From Hyaloraphidium curvatum SAG 235-1 (taxonomy: Eukaryota > Fungi > Monoblepharomycota): a DNA stretch of 64,000 bases. The translations under genes were made by a program, and so were the position numbers. Shown here one piece after another: positions 33,529-45,517 of this stretch (position 1 is its first letter; every line of letters begins with the position of its first letter). The stretch is taken from positions 186,001 to 250,000 of the forward strand of contig JAIVFI010000016.1 of NCBI GenBank assembly GCA_025558095.1. Direction: 5' to 3'. The notes below the pieces were generated by a model. That model saw nothing but the letters and a program-made list of their open reading frames with translations. It made no database searches and had not been told where the DNA came from.

Positions 33529-34637
33529 GCCGCCCGCCGCGGAGGGAGTGGGACAGGGATGGCGGGCGCCCGCCGGATCACGCGGGCGGCTACCGTTCTG
33601 GACCGGGCGAGGTGGTGTCCTCGTCGCCGTCCGAAGTGCACGCCGTGCATCGCCCGCCCGCCGTGCGTGCGGATGAATAGCAAAGGTAGGTAAATCGCGG
33701 GGCGGACCGGCGGCGGAGGGGCAGCGGGGGCGTTCTACTTCGCGGTGCAAGGACAAGGCCGGATATCCCTCGTGTCCAGCCCGGAGGGGTTCCTTCGTCG
33801 CACGGCCGACCTCCCCGGGGGCTCCGCCTGCCACCGACTTCCGGAACGGCGCTCGCGATTGGTTGCCCTGGCTCGGATCGCATCTCCTTCGGCAGGGCGC
33901 CGCTTGCAGTCCCAGGGATCCCCGCCTAGCTGGCCGCATCATACGCGCCGCGCCGAACCGCCCAAAAGACGACCCAAAACCGGCGCCGAATCCGGGAGAT
34001 AGACTCTGCGTCCGGCTTTACGGTGCATGCAATGCCAAAACCGGCTTCCGAGGCGGTCGCGGGCGACCTGCGGTGTTCCGCTTCGGCCGCCGGCCATCGC
34101 TTGCCACCGCGGCCCGTCCCTGCCAGGGATGCCTGCATCCCTTGCTTGCCGCGGCAAAAGACCATCGCCGGGGGATGAGCCAAAGCCCGAGCCGGCACCG
34201 CTCGTGTATCGGCCACGTCGTTCGGGCCACCCGGGATCATCCGTCGCCGAGGCCCGGCACCACTTCACTAGTAAAGCGCGAATCTGGCCATCTGGGCGCG
34301 GGCGTCCATCCGTGCGAGCTGCTCGCTTCCGGATCCGCCTACTGCATTGGATCTTTCGTTTTGTTTCGCCCCAACGCCGAGAGGCTCTTGTCGCTCATCA
34401 ACTCGTTGTGGTTCTTGATCGAGGGCCGCAGCCTTCAGGCTACCGTTCGCCCAGTGCCGCCCGTTCACGCGTCATCCGAATCGAATGAACTGCCTCGACG
34501 CCGGCTTTTGTTACCGTTCCGGACCGCGTCCGTAGCCAGTCCATTTGCACGTGATCGTCGGAGTCGCGTAAATGGACCCGCCCGGCCGAAGCTCCTCGCT
34601 CGCCCCAAAACTCGAAAACCGCCACGTCACGACCGCC

Positions 34638-37600
34638 ATGGCCTCCCCCGAGGCCGCCGAGCCGGGGGACGCGGCCGTCCCGCCGCTTGCGATGCCGCTC
34701 GGCCGCGCGCTGCGCGACGACGGGCGGCGGTTCGCGGTGCCCGACACGCCGGACCTTCTGGAGCACCTCTTCTCGACGAAGCGAAAGACGCTGCTCGACC
34801 TGCCGATCCTGCTGCCCATCGCCGTTCAGATCGCCGTCTTTATGTTCCTGCGCCCGCCCAAGTGGGCCTTCCTGGCCTCGTTCCTGCTGTGGCGCGCGGC
34901 CTACAATGCAGGCCTCGGGTACATTTTGCACCGCCAGTCGCAGGGCGGCGCCTTCCTCGGCTGGTTCTCCGCCGCCGGCTTCGGCCTCTCCGAAGCGGAG
35001 CTGGCCGCGAGCAAGCTGCCGGCGTGGAAAAAGGCGCTGGTGCTGCTCTTCCGCTCCGAGCTCGAGGAGCACCTGGCCGAGGTGGCCGACGCCAAGAGCG
35101 GCCGGCCGCCGCCGCCGGTGGACGACCTGTCGCCCGAGTTCAAGGGTTGGATGCTGTTCCGCTTCCTCGTGGACACGGTGCTGCTCAACGACTTTTTCGC
35201 CTACGTGATCATGGCCCTGGCCTACTTCGTCTGGCCGACGTCCTTCTCCCTGGCCGACCTGGGGCGCTACGTCGCGGGCTTCCTGCTAATTTACTTCAAT
35301 GTGTGGGTCAAGCTCGACGCGCACCGCGTGGTCCGGGATTACGCCTGGTACTGGGGAGGTGAGTCTGCCGGCCGCAACCCCCTGCCTCCAAACCTCACCC
35401 TGTGGTCCGCCAGACTTCTTCTTCCTCCCCGCCTCTTCCTCCTCCCTCACCTTCGACGGCGTCTTCGAGCTCGCCCCGCACCCCATGTACTCGATCGGCT
35501 ACCTGGGCTACTACGGCATCTCGCTCATCTCGGGGAGCTACACGGTGCTGTACGCCAGCCTGGCCGCGCACGCGGCGCAGTTTGCGTTCCTTTACTTTGT
35601 CGAGGATCCGCACATCGAGAAGGTGTACGGGTCGGGGGGACGGTACGGGAACCCGTGGGTCGAAAGGCGCCATCATCGCGTGATCCTGCTGACTATCTGG
35701 TTCCTTAACTCCACAGGGGCGAACGCGAGCAGCTCCGCAATTACTTCCGCCGGGACCTCCTCGTCTTCCGCAACCTCGACCCGCTCCGCACAACGGATCT
35801 CCTTACCATCCTCGCCCTCCTCCAAACGGTCACCATCTCCCTCCTCCTCCTCCGCCTCCCAAACCCGGTCCCGTACCTCGCCCTCCAGGCCGTCCTCTGG
35901 CGCCTCCTCTGGACCTGCGGCCTCGGCGCCGTGCTGCGCGCGCAGTCCCGCGACGGCTGGTGGAACCGGTACCACGTCGGCCGCGGCGAGACGGCCGCGC
36001 AGGCCTTCTCGCACTGGAAGTCCTTCTACAACCTCGGCATGGTGCAGACCTACGCGAGCTTCTGGGCGCTGGCGTGGGGGTGCTACCGCCTGCCCGCGTG
36101 GGGGGAGCTGGGGGGGGCGACGCTGCTGAGGCACACGGTGGGGGGGCTGCTGGTGCTGCTGCACGTGTGGGCGGCGGCGGCGATACACGAGGCGCTGGGC
36201 GATTTCGGGTGGTTCTACGGGGATTTCTTCCTGCCGCAGAAGACGGGGCTCAAGTGGGGTGGGATCTACAGGTTCCTCAACAGTGGGTTGCGCGCCGAAC
36301 CAGTGACGGCATTGTGCTGACCCTTGCTCTTCTGCCATGTTCGTCAACCCACAGACCCCGAAAAGGTCCTCGGCCACGCCTCCTTCTACGCCGCCTCGCT
36401 GCTCACCCTTTCGCCGACCGTCTTCGCCGTCTCGCTCCTCTCCCACGGCCTTTCGATCCTCTTCCTGGAGCTCGTCGAGCGCCCGCACATGGCCAAGGTC
36501 TACGGCACCGACCAGCTGCGCCGCAAGGGCGGCGTCGAAAAGGTCATCCTCGGGCAGGTCAAGGAGACGCTGGACAACAGCCCGCCGTTCGTGCGCGAGA
36601 TCGTGGAAAAGGTCGGCGAGGCAGTCGACGCCGCGGCCGAGGCAGTCGACCGCGCCGGAAAGGAGGTGTTTGGCGACACCGAGGCGCGGAGGCTGCTGCT
36701 GGACGCCGTGCCCGGGCTCAGGAGGCTCGTGGAGCGTCGCGCGGACCGGTCCGGGCTGCGCAGGCGCAGGCGCCGCCACGCGGATGGCGACGAGTCGGAC
36801 GGCTCGACGGCGGCCAACTCGCCCTCGCCTTCGGACACGCCTTACCCGCGCTCCCCTTCCCCCTTCACGTCCGAAGCCGCCCGCGCGGTCTCGGCGCGCA
36901 CCTTCGCCGGCCTCGCAGAGCTGCTCCCCGCCCGCCTCGTCGCCGAGGTCCTCCCGCCCGATCTCGCCGGCGCCTTCCTCCCCGACGCGGCGCTGCTCCC
37001 CAAGGACCTCGACCCGTCGCTCTACTCGGTGACCGTCGAGGCGCATAACGGCAAAGTGCGTTGGGGCGAGCCCATCCGCGTCCGGTTCCGGTGCCCGCCC
37101 ACCGCCTCGCGCCGCGACTGGATCGGGCTGTACCGCGCCGGCGAGAACGCGCGGGCAAAGTGGACCAACCGCCGCTCCCGCGGGCGGTGGTACTGGATCA
37201 CGGGGTCGCACGAGCCCCCCGTGGACCCGCCGGCGGGCAAGTGGCCGCTCGAGCAGGAGGGCGAGGCGTGCGTCGGGGAGGTGGTGTTCGAGGGGCCGAG
37301 GTCGGCGTGGGTTCCCGGGATGTGGGAGGCGAGGTACCACCACGACGGCGCCTACGGCGTGGTCACGGTGTCGGAGCCGTTCGAGATCGAAGGTGGGATT
37401 CGGCCAGCTCGGAGGCTCGAACCTCAATCTAACCACCTGTTCCGATCATTCAGTTTCCAAGTTCGAAGGCGACACCGCGTCCAGCGAGCAGATCGCCGCG
37501 CACCTCCTCTCCCTCGCCCGCCCCGCCCTGTTCGTTCCCGCGACGACAGAGCTCACACCTACGACGGAGCTCGTCGACCTCGTCCCCGGGCCGCCCGCCA

Positions 37601-37809
37601 AGCCCGAGGACTCGTTCCGCCGCCTCGTCGACGGCATCCGTGGCGCGTTTGGGGTGCAGATCAAGTGGCACGTCGCGGAGCACGCAGGGTCGGTCGGGAA
37701 GCTGGCCGAGGCCGTGGGGGAAGCTCTTCGGGTTTCGTCTGGGCACGGGAACGCGGCCCAGGAACCGGAGGAGGACGACGAGGACGGGGGGAACGGGAAG
37801 GACGACTGA
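34638..37809 (+). CDS. CHO2: Phosphatidylethanolamine N-methyltransferase
   Basis: [50 protein letters not shown]|[40 protein letters not shown]|.PE, VERPHM, DWIGLY, RYHHDG. Several introns; upstream ATG at 34572 is an alternative start. Confidence 0.92.
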
Positions 37810-38006
37810 GTGGACTGCTGAGGGTTGCGACGAGGGGTGTTCGTGGCGTAGAGAACCTTACTTGCTGCCGACTGAAAAATGCCATAGAGAACCCATGGAC
37901 TGAATCCGCGCCGTAGAAATTGGAGCAAACGCTCTCTTTTTCAAACTGCTGTAAGTTACGGCAATCCACCTGGCGACTGCAGCTTCGCGAGAACCGAAGA
38001 GCGTGC

Positions 38007-38598
38007 TTAGGCGTCGGCGGGGCCCATCCTGCAAGGAGTCAGACGTCAGCATTGGAAGGCCAAGCCGTCAACACAGCGCGATCCTACTTGAAGATGCAGA
38101 TCTTGTTGCCGTCGAGGTCGCGGAAGTACTGCGAAAAGGCCCGGATCAGATGGAACCCGAAGCGATCCGGAGTTAGTGCCGCTCACGGCGCCGTAGAAGG
38201 CCTGGTCTCCCTCAGGGCCACGGAGCCCGGGGGCGCCCTCGTCCTTGCCGCCGGCCTTGAGCGCCCTCGCGTGGGCCTCGTCGACGCCCTTGCGCGAGTC
38301 GATGCTCAATGCGGGCATGGGGCCGTTGCCGGGGTGGGCGTCGTTCTTGTCGTAGGGCTGCGTGACGAACAGGGTGAGGCCGTCGGCGCCGCCGTAGATC
38401 TGCGTTTGTTTGGTGCGCGTGATGGCGGATAGCGCGCGAATCAGATGAGTCCCCGCACAGCGAACGGTTGGTGGGCACCTTGCCGCGGCCGAGGTCGATC
38501 ACGGCCTTCTGGCCGAGGGGGCCCAAAACCTCATCGTAGAACGCCAATGCCTTAGCGAGGTCGTTGGTACCGATGCAGACGTAGCCGATCTTGACCAT
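38007..38598 (-). CDS. VOC/glyoxalase family protein (bacterial-type) with 3 introns
   Basis: MVKIGYVCIGTNDLAKALAFYD..GNG..VDEAHARALKAGGKDEGAPGLR..FYGA|YFRDLDGNKICIFK|MGPADA*. Confidence 0.87.
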
Positions 38599-39700
38599 TT
38601 CTGGTGCCAAGTGGGTTTCGGGTCGGATACGCACCGGAAGTCGGAGTTCCCGTCGAAATGCAATGGGGGGCAATGCCGAGTGGGATTCGGGTCGGTAAAC
38701 GCAGTGGGGAGTCGGGATTCCGGTCGGAAGGCGGTGGGGGACATCCGGCACGGGAGACGCGCCGGCACGGCACGGAAGGGCTCGTCAGAAGACCGCTCGC
38801 CGGGTCCGACTGCGCTGAGCTATAGACTCACCGGTGAATTTATCGGATTACGGGCGGAACGCGAGGTGCGGGGTGTGGACGGATTGGCGTCGGCTGCTGT
38901 CGAGTGAGGCCGCCGCCGCCACGCGCGGCCCATCTGCCGACAGTCGATCCGCTCTTCGATCGGAACCGCCGGCAGCTGCACGAGCTCCTCGTCGTGCTCA
39001 TGCCATCTGAAGATGCGTATGGATGGAAAGGTTCCGAGGCCTTTGCCGGCCCCTCAATGCAAGCCGCCTCCGGCCGAAACCGTCGCGGCAGTGGGCGGCC
39101 ATGGGGGCCTCCACATCTCGAGGCTTCGTCAAGAAGTCCATGGCCCTGCATCTTCCAATGCAATGGATCGCGACGTGGTTGCTGTTTGGCGATCGAGGCA
39201 GGGTCGATGGCACCTTCGGTAGGGTCTGGCCGGTCGAGGCATGTTGAAAGCCGAGCCATCAAGAGCGAATCTGTCTTCCTCCTTCGCGGCAGCCATGGCC
39301 TTTCTTTGTCGTGTCGGGCGACATCTTTAGTTCTGGACAACCGCAGCTTGTTCAGTCAGGGGTTCGATTGGCGTCGGTTTCCGGGCGCGGAATCAAGACG
39401 GGCCGGGCGCCGTGCTAAAGTACGTGCTCTCGCGCCGCCAAGCAGAGCCCGGGAATCTCGAATCCACCGCATGCATCCACTAGAACCTCCCGGCAAGTCC
39501 TTTTGTGCAGCGCGAGACGTTGTTGCCACACTCCCTGACTCGCGGTCCCCGCCTCGCCGCGGCCGCCGCCCAACGCCAAACACCGCCGCCGCCGAAGCGC
39601 CCACGCCCCGACCAAGACCGCCACATCCTCGGCCGCCAAACAACGCCGCCGCCAAAGCGAAGGCACGCCCGACCGAAACCGCAACATCCTCGGCAGCGCA

Positions 39701-41245
39701 ATGCAGGCCGCCATCGATTCCCTCCTCGCCTCGGCAGTCGGAGACGGCACCGCCCCGCACGTCGCCGCCGCCGCGTCGGTCGGCGGCAAGACGGTGTATT
39801 CCGGGTCGGCCGGAGGCGTTTCGGACAAAGCCAGCTGGCGGATCATGAGCATGACAAAGATGATCACCTCAGTGGCTCTTCTGCAGCTGGTTGAGCAGGG
39901 GAAAGTTTCGGTGTGTTCCTCTTTTGTCTCCCTAAGTGTCCCCCTGAATGCTGAACCCTCTCGTCCCTTGTTCGCCCCCGTGGCGGTCTTCCGTCACCGA
40001 ATGCCCGATCTGTCTCCCGGCCCGTCTCCCCGGGAAATGCCGGACCCTCCCGTCCCTTGTTCGCCCCCGTGGCGGTCTTCCGCCACCGAATGCCCGATTT
40101 GCGTACTGTCGGGACCCCACCCCGCGGCAGATCGACGACCCCGTGACCAAGCACCTGCCCGAGCTCGCGCCGCTCAAGGTCGCCTCCTTCCCCGCTGAGG
40201 GCGCCCCCACCTTCTCCGAAGCCTCACGTCCCCCGACCATCCGCGAGCTGGCCACCCATACCGCGGGCTACTCGTACTGCTTCTTCGATCCCAACGCCGC
40301 CAAGGCGTTCGAGGCGCTGGGGCTGGCGCCGGAGCTGGCCAACGCGAAAAAGAGCTTCATCGAGTCGCCGCTGATGTTCGAGCCAGGGAGCAAGTGGTGG
40401 TATGGGACGAATATCGATACGCTCGGTTTCGTTGTCGAGAAGGTCTCGGGGAAGGACCTGGGGACCTACATGAAGGACCACATCTTTGGTGGGCCTCAGC
40501 GCGCCCTCCGGACCGCGATCTCACACCTCACCAATCGCCACCTTCCTCTCTATGTTTAGACGTGCTCGGGATGCACGAGACCTCCATGGAGGTCGCTCCC
40601 GAGGGCGACCCTCGCCACGTGCCCGTGCACCTCCGCTCCCCCGACTCGGACGCGCTGTCGCCGCTGCCGCTGCCCGTGCCGCCCACCAAGGACTTGTGGG
40701 TTCCTGTTGCGCGGTGTTGTCCCCCGATCGCGGGGAAGGCTTACGTTCGCGAACCAATCAGCGACATGGGCGGCGGCGGCCTGTCTTCCACGCCGGCGGA
40801 CTATCTCAAGTTCCTGCACGACGTGATCTCCCCCAACCCGAAGCTCCTTCAGCGCTCTACGATCGAGCAGCATGTGTTCAAGTCGCACCTCAAAGAGGGG
40901 CATGAGGTGACCGTGCTCCCCGCCGCCTACCCGTACGTCGACGCCAGGTCGTTCATTCCGGGCAAGGACATCGGGCACTCCCTCGCGTGCGCAGTGAGCG
41001 GCGAGTCTGTGCCGGGTATGAGGAGCAAGGGGTCGCTCGCATGGGCGGGGCTGCTCAACAGGTTGGTCATCCGGCCGGGCCGCCGCGCATCCGGGGTGCT
41101 GACGCGTTCGGATCCAAGCTACTTCTTTGCCGATCCCGAGAAGGACGTGTGCGGGGTGATCTGCACCCAGATCCTGCCGTTTGCGGACAAGAAGGTGGTG
41201 CCGCTTTTCGAAAAGTTCGAGAAGGCGGTGTACGCGCACGTGTAA
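39701..41245 (+). CDS. Beta-lactamase-family serine hydrolase/esterase (EstB/LovD-like)
   Basis: SxxK motif (IMSMTK), LATHTAGYSY, FEPGSKWWYG, GGGGLSSTPADY, WAGLLN; introns near 39906-40130 and 40488-40559. Confidence 0.88.
39947..40101 (+). repeat. ~89-bp tandem duplication inside intron 1 of the esterase gene
   Basis: cgtcccttgttcgcccccgtggcggtcttccg(t/c)caccgaatgcccgat(c/t)tg occurs at 39962-40012 and 40051-40101. Confidence 0.9.
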
Positions 41246-41429
41246 TGCCTGCCGCCTCGTACATCCGTTTCGGGAAGATAGAAAGCTACTTTCGCGGGGT
41301 TCACGGGGCGACCAGCAAATGATGCCGGGAGGATGATGGAGGGAGCAAGGGCACTCGCCGCCTGGACCCGTCTGACCTCCGCTCACCCACCCGTCCTCCT
41401 CCACGGCCCATCGCGCGCCTGCCCCCGCG

Positions 41430-43683
41430 ATGGCGCGCCTCCGCGCGTTGCTGGTCGCGCTGCTGGCCATTGCGCTCCTCGCCGCGCTGGTGGCCCCCGT
41501 GGACGCGCTCTTCCGCAACAAGAAGAAGAAAAATGCCGGAGGTGCAAAGGTGACCAAGCTCGAGCCCCTGCTCAAGAAGTCCAAGCTCCTGTCGCCCAAG
41601 AACGTCAACGTGCTGAAGAAGGAGTTCCTCAAGACCTCCAAGTGGAAGAAGCTCGCGACCTTCACCAGCAGCCGCGAAGCCAGAGTGTGGTCCGCCAGGC
41701 CCATGACCGCCAAACAGCCCGTCATCGTGATCAAGGAGTTTCTCGTACCCCCCGCCGTAATGGGCAAAAAGGAGTGGAAGCTTTCCCACGACCTGTTCGA
41801 GGACGTGCTGAACGAGATCGCCGTGGGCAACAAGCTGAACGGCCTGCCCTTCATCGCGCGGTACGTGGCAGTCAGTGTGCTGCCGGCTTGACCCGGAGGT
41901 AATCCCCGTCCTGGTACCGTCGCAGGTACCTCGGCAACGACGCCGCCGCGGAGCCGCAGGCAGATGGTGACAAGAAATTCAGGGCTGCCGTCTTCATGAA
42001 CAAGGGTGGGTGCTCCGTCCGTGCGCCGGCACCGCGCTCACCTGCGTGCCGAGCCAGCCGATGGCGCGCTCGACAGTTTGATGGACAACGGCCCCGTGGG
42101 CACCGACGCGGTGGGCTCCCGCGCGTTCCGGGTGCTCCCCGGCGGGCCTGACGATCGTTCCCCAGGCCACGCGAAAGCTCTTGGCGCAAATGTTCGTGGC
42201 CGTCGGCGTTATGCACTGGAAGGGCTACATCCACCGGTAAGTCGCGCGATCGCCGCGGGTCCCCCGGTGCTCACAACCGCGACCCGCACGGGACCATCCA
42301 GCGACCTCAAACCGGCGCAGTTCCTCATGGTCAACGGCGCCAACGGCGGCGACCGGACCCTGAGGTTGGCCGACTTCGGCACGGCCATCAAGAACACCCC
42401 CAAGGAGATCTGGCAGGACACCCTGAACCAGATCGGCGCCCCGAAGGGCAGCTCCAAGGAGATCCGCGCGGTGGTGGACGCCGACTCGCCGGGGAAGAAG
42501 AAGGCCAACACCGTGTTCGACAACGAGGCGTACCGCAGCCCCGAGTCGATGAAGTTTGTGGGTTGACCCGGCGGGAGGCGCCCCCGCCCGTCCCCGCTGA
42601 CCGGGCTCCGTCCTGCAGAGAGAGATACAGAAGCTGCGCCAGAACCTCGTCGATTACTACGGCGAAGCGGCGTACGCGCGCTGGGTGATCGCGAACAACG
42701 GCGCCACGCCCACCAAGAAGCAGCAGAAGCAGATCCGCGACCTGACAGCGCCCAAGATCAAGAAGGCGCTCAAGGACCTCGAGCCCGCCATGAAGAAGCT
42801 AAAGAAGAACCTTTATGGCAAGGCCATGGACTACTGGGCCCTCGGCATCTCCCTGTGGGACCTGTATACCGGCTATGGCTCCGCCCAGGACCCCACCGTG
42901 ATGCCCTTCCCCGGGAGAGGCCAGGGGATGTTCGGCGAATACCGCAACCCCGACTTCTCCGTCCCGATCGACCTCACCCCCCTCGACACCACCGTGGCCG
43001 ACGCCACGGTGCGGAACCACCTCAAGGACCTGCTGACCAAGCTGCTGGACGTCGACCCCGCGACGAGGCTGCAGGACGTCGGCTCGGTGCTCGCGCACCC
43101 GTTCTTCGCGACCGCGGGGGTGGACACGGCGCAGGTGCTGCAGCTCGGGATCGCGGCGGCGAGGGAGGACAACGATGCCATCCCGCCGGTGGGTTTGCAC
43201 GCCGCCTCGGGCTCCCGCGCATGCTGACGGGGCGTTCGGCAGGCGTTCGGGACGGCCAGGCTCAAGGCGGGCAACATCGGGAACAACGGCGTCGAGCTGG
43301 GAGGCCTGCGGCAGGGCGACGACGAGGCGCGGAACGCGATCAACTCGCTGTCCTTCGACGACGTGAACAAGGGCTCCATGGACGGCGTCCAGGGCGAGGA
43401 TCTCTCGCTGCTCGGCAACGATCCCGACGCCCAGGAAGCGATCGCCAAGGCCAACGCCGCGCTCAAGCTCGAGAAAAGCAACCTGGACGTGAGCAAGGGA
43501 GAGGGCTCCGACGACAGCAGCAGCTCCGAGGACAGCGAGGGGTCCGGGAGTGAGGACGGAGAGGACGGAGAGGACGGCGGGGACGGTGGGGACGGTGGGG
43601 ACGGTGGGGACGGTGGGGACGGCGGGGACGGCGGGAACGGCGAGAACAAAGATTACGAGATGCCGGGCTTGTTTGATGATTGA
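41430..43683 (+). CDS. Signal-peptide-containing eukaryotic protein kinase-like protein (multi-intron)
   Basis: MARLRALLVALLAIALLAALVAPVDA; VIVIKE, NEIAVG, GYIHR|DLKPAQFL, LADFGTA, YRSPE, MDYWALGISLW, LLDVDPATRL..HPFF; acidic DGG tail. Confidence 0.82.
43552..43644 (+). repeat. 9-bp coding minisatellite encoding (DGE/DGG)n
   Basis: About 10 tandem GACGG-based 9-mers (gacggagag, gacggtggg, gacggcggg) at the kinase C-terminus. Confidence 0.9.
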
Positions 43684-44102
43684 GCACGACTGCAGACGAC
43701 CAAAGACACCATAGATGGTTTCGCGTTCGGGACCTCGAAAAGCGGTGTCAGGCTGCCATACATCTCTGCCTCCAGGCCATCACAAGCGATTCTACCTGGG
43801 GGATCGGACTCTCCGGCTCCACGAAAGGCGAATTGGGTGGTCTCGGAGGGCTTCCAGCGAATTCGTCCCTTCAACTGGACCCTACGGGCCTTTGGCGGTG
43901 CTGACCTAGGGGGCCGGCATCCCACGCCGGGACCCCGGCGGGAAGCGGATCTCGGCGGCAGAAGGTTCAACCGGGCTGCCGGCGGCGCCGACGAGGCAGC
44001 CGGATCGTCCAGTGGCGTCTGTTCTGTTCGGCCGTGCTCATGACGTGAGCACCGACCGCACTGCCGCTCCCTCACCAGGGGAAACAAACTAACCACACCA
44101 CC

Positions 44103-45374
44103 ATGCGACTAGGGGCTCTACTGCTTGCGCTAGCGCCGGGGCTGACAGCGGGCGTGCCGCTGGACCGCCGCGCGCTGATCCGCGGGTCGGGGCGCAACGA
44201 CACGCTGCGCGGCACTTCTGGCAACGACGTGGTGCGCGCGGGCGGCGGCGGCGACTTCGTCGACACGCGGCAGGGCGGCACCGACACCGTGCAGCTCGGC
44301 GAGGGCGACGACCGCGCGCTCGTCGGCGACGGCACCGTGCGCGGCGGGCCGGGCATCGACCGCATCGTCGGATACGGGAAGGGCGAGCTGAACGCTTACG
44401 GCGACGACGGCAACGACTGGATCACGGGCAGCCAGGAGCCGACCGCCTACAATAATTTGTACGGCGGCAATGGCAACGACAGGCTGGAGGGCGGCCCCAA
44501 CGAGGACCAGCTGTTTGGCGAGGGCGACCACGATGCGCTGTATGGTCGGGGCGGCGGCGACCTGCTCAAGGGTGGGTGGCCCGGCTCCCCACGCACCCCA
44601 CGCATGCCGCCGTGTCTGCTCCGCATTCCGGCACCGCCGGGGCGGGGCAGGGCGGCCGCTGGGCTGCGGGGCGGGCTCCGAAACAATTGGTCCCTACGGT
44701 GCTGACTCCGCTCCCCCCTGCAAAACAGGCGGCAACGGCATCGATCTGCTCGACGGCGGCGAGGTATGTGGTCCCTTGCAATGTACGATGCCTGCGGGGC
44801 CTGACCTCACCCGATCCGACTCCAGGGCGACGACACGCTCGAGGGCGAGGACGGCGACGACGCCCTCTTCGGCGGCCCCGGCAACGACGTCCTCCGTGGC
44901 GGCCCCGGCATCGACCGCCTCAACGGCGGCCGCGGCACCGACATCATGGACGGCGGCGACGGCAACGACCGCCTGTTCGGTTCGGGCGAGGGCGACACCA
45001 TGACGGGCGGCTCGGGCCGGGACTCGTTCGTCGTGGCCGTGCGCAGGGTCACGGAGCCCGACACCGTGACGGACTTTGAGCACAACGTGGACCAGATCCG
45101 GCTGCCGAAGCCGCTGGTCCGCCGCTTGCGCACGGAGGGCAACACGCTGCTGCTGGACCGCACGCAGTACTTCGAGGCGGCCAACCTGGACGAGGCCCGG
45201 TCGCGCGCGGACATTGTCGCGCCGGGGCTGGTCTGGGACCTGTCCAGCTTCATCTTCTACTACTTCGAGGACAAGGTGACCTTCCGTCCCATCATCAAGG
45301 TGCTGCCGGCGGATCCCAACAACCCGCGCATGTTCCACACCAACTTCCGCATCTCGCCGACGGTCGAGGGATGA
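44103..45374 (+). CDS. Secreted RTX/hemolysin-type Ca2+-binding nonapeptide repeat protein, 2 introns
   Basis: Signal peptide plus many GGxGxDxLx repeats. Exons 44103-44571, 44729-44763 and 44826-45374 join in phase. C-terminal GRDSFV..DTVTDF..DQIRL. Confidence 0.9.
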
Positions 45375-45517
45375 TCCCCCGCGGCCGGCGACGGACACTT
45401 GTGCATGCTCGTGCGCTGGAGAGAGGACTGCGTCGCCCGGGACTGCCGGCATAGAATCTTTGTCTCCTTTATTCACTCGTGTAGAGTAGCAATGGATCGG
45501 CTCGCGCACGCACAGCT

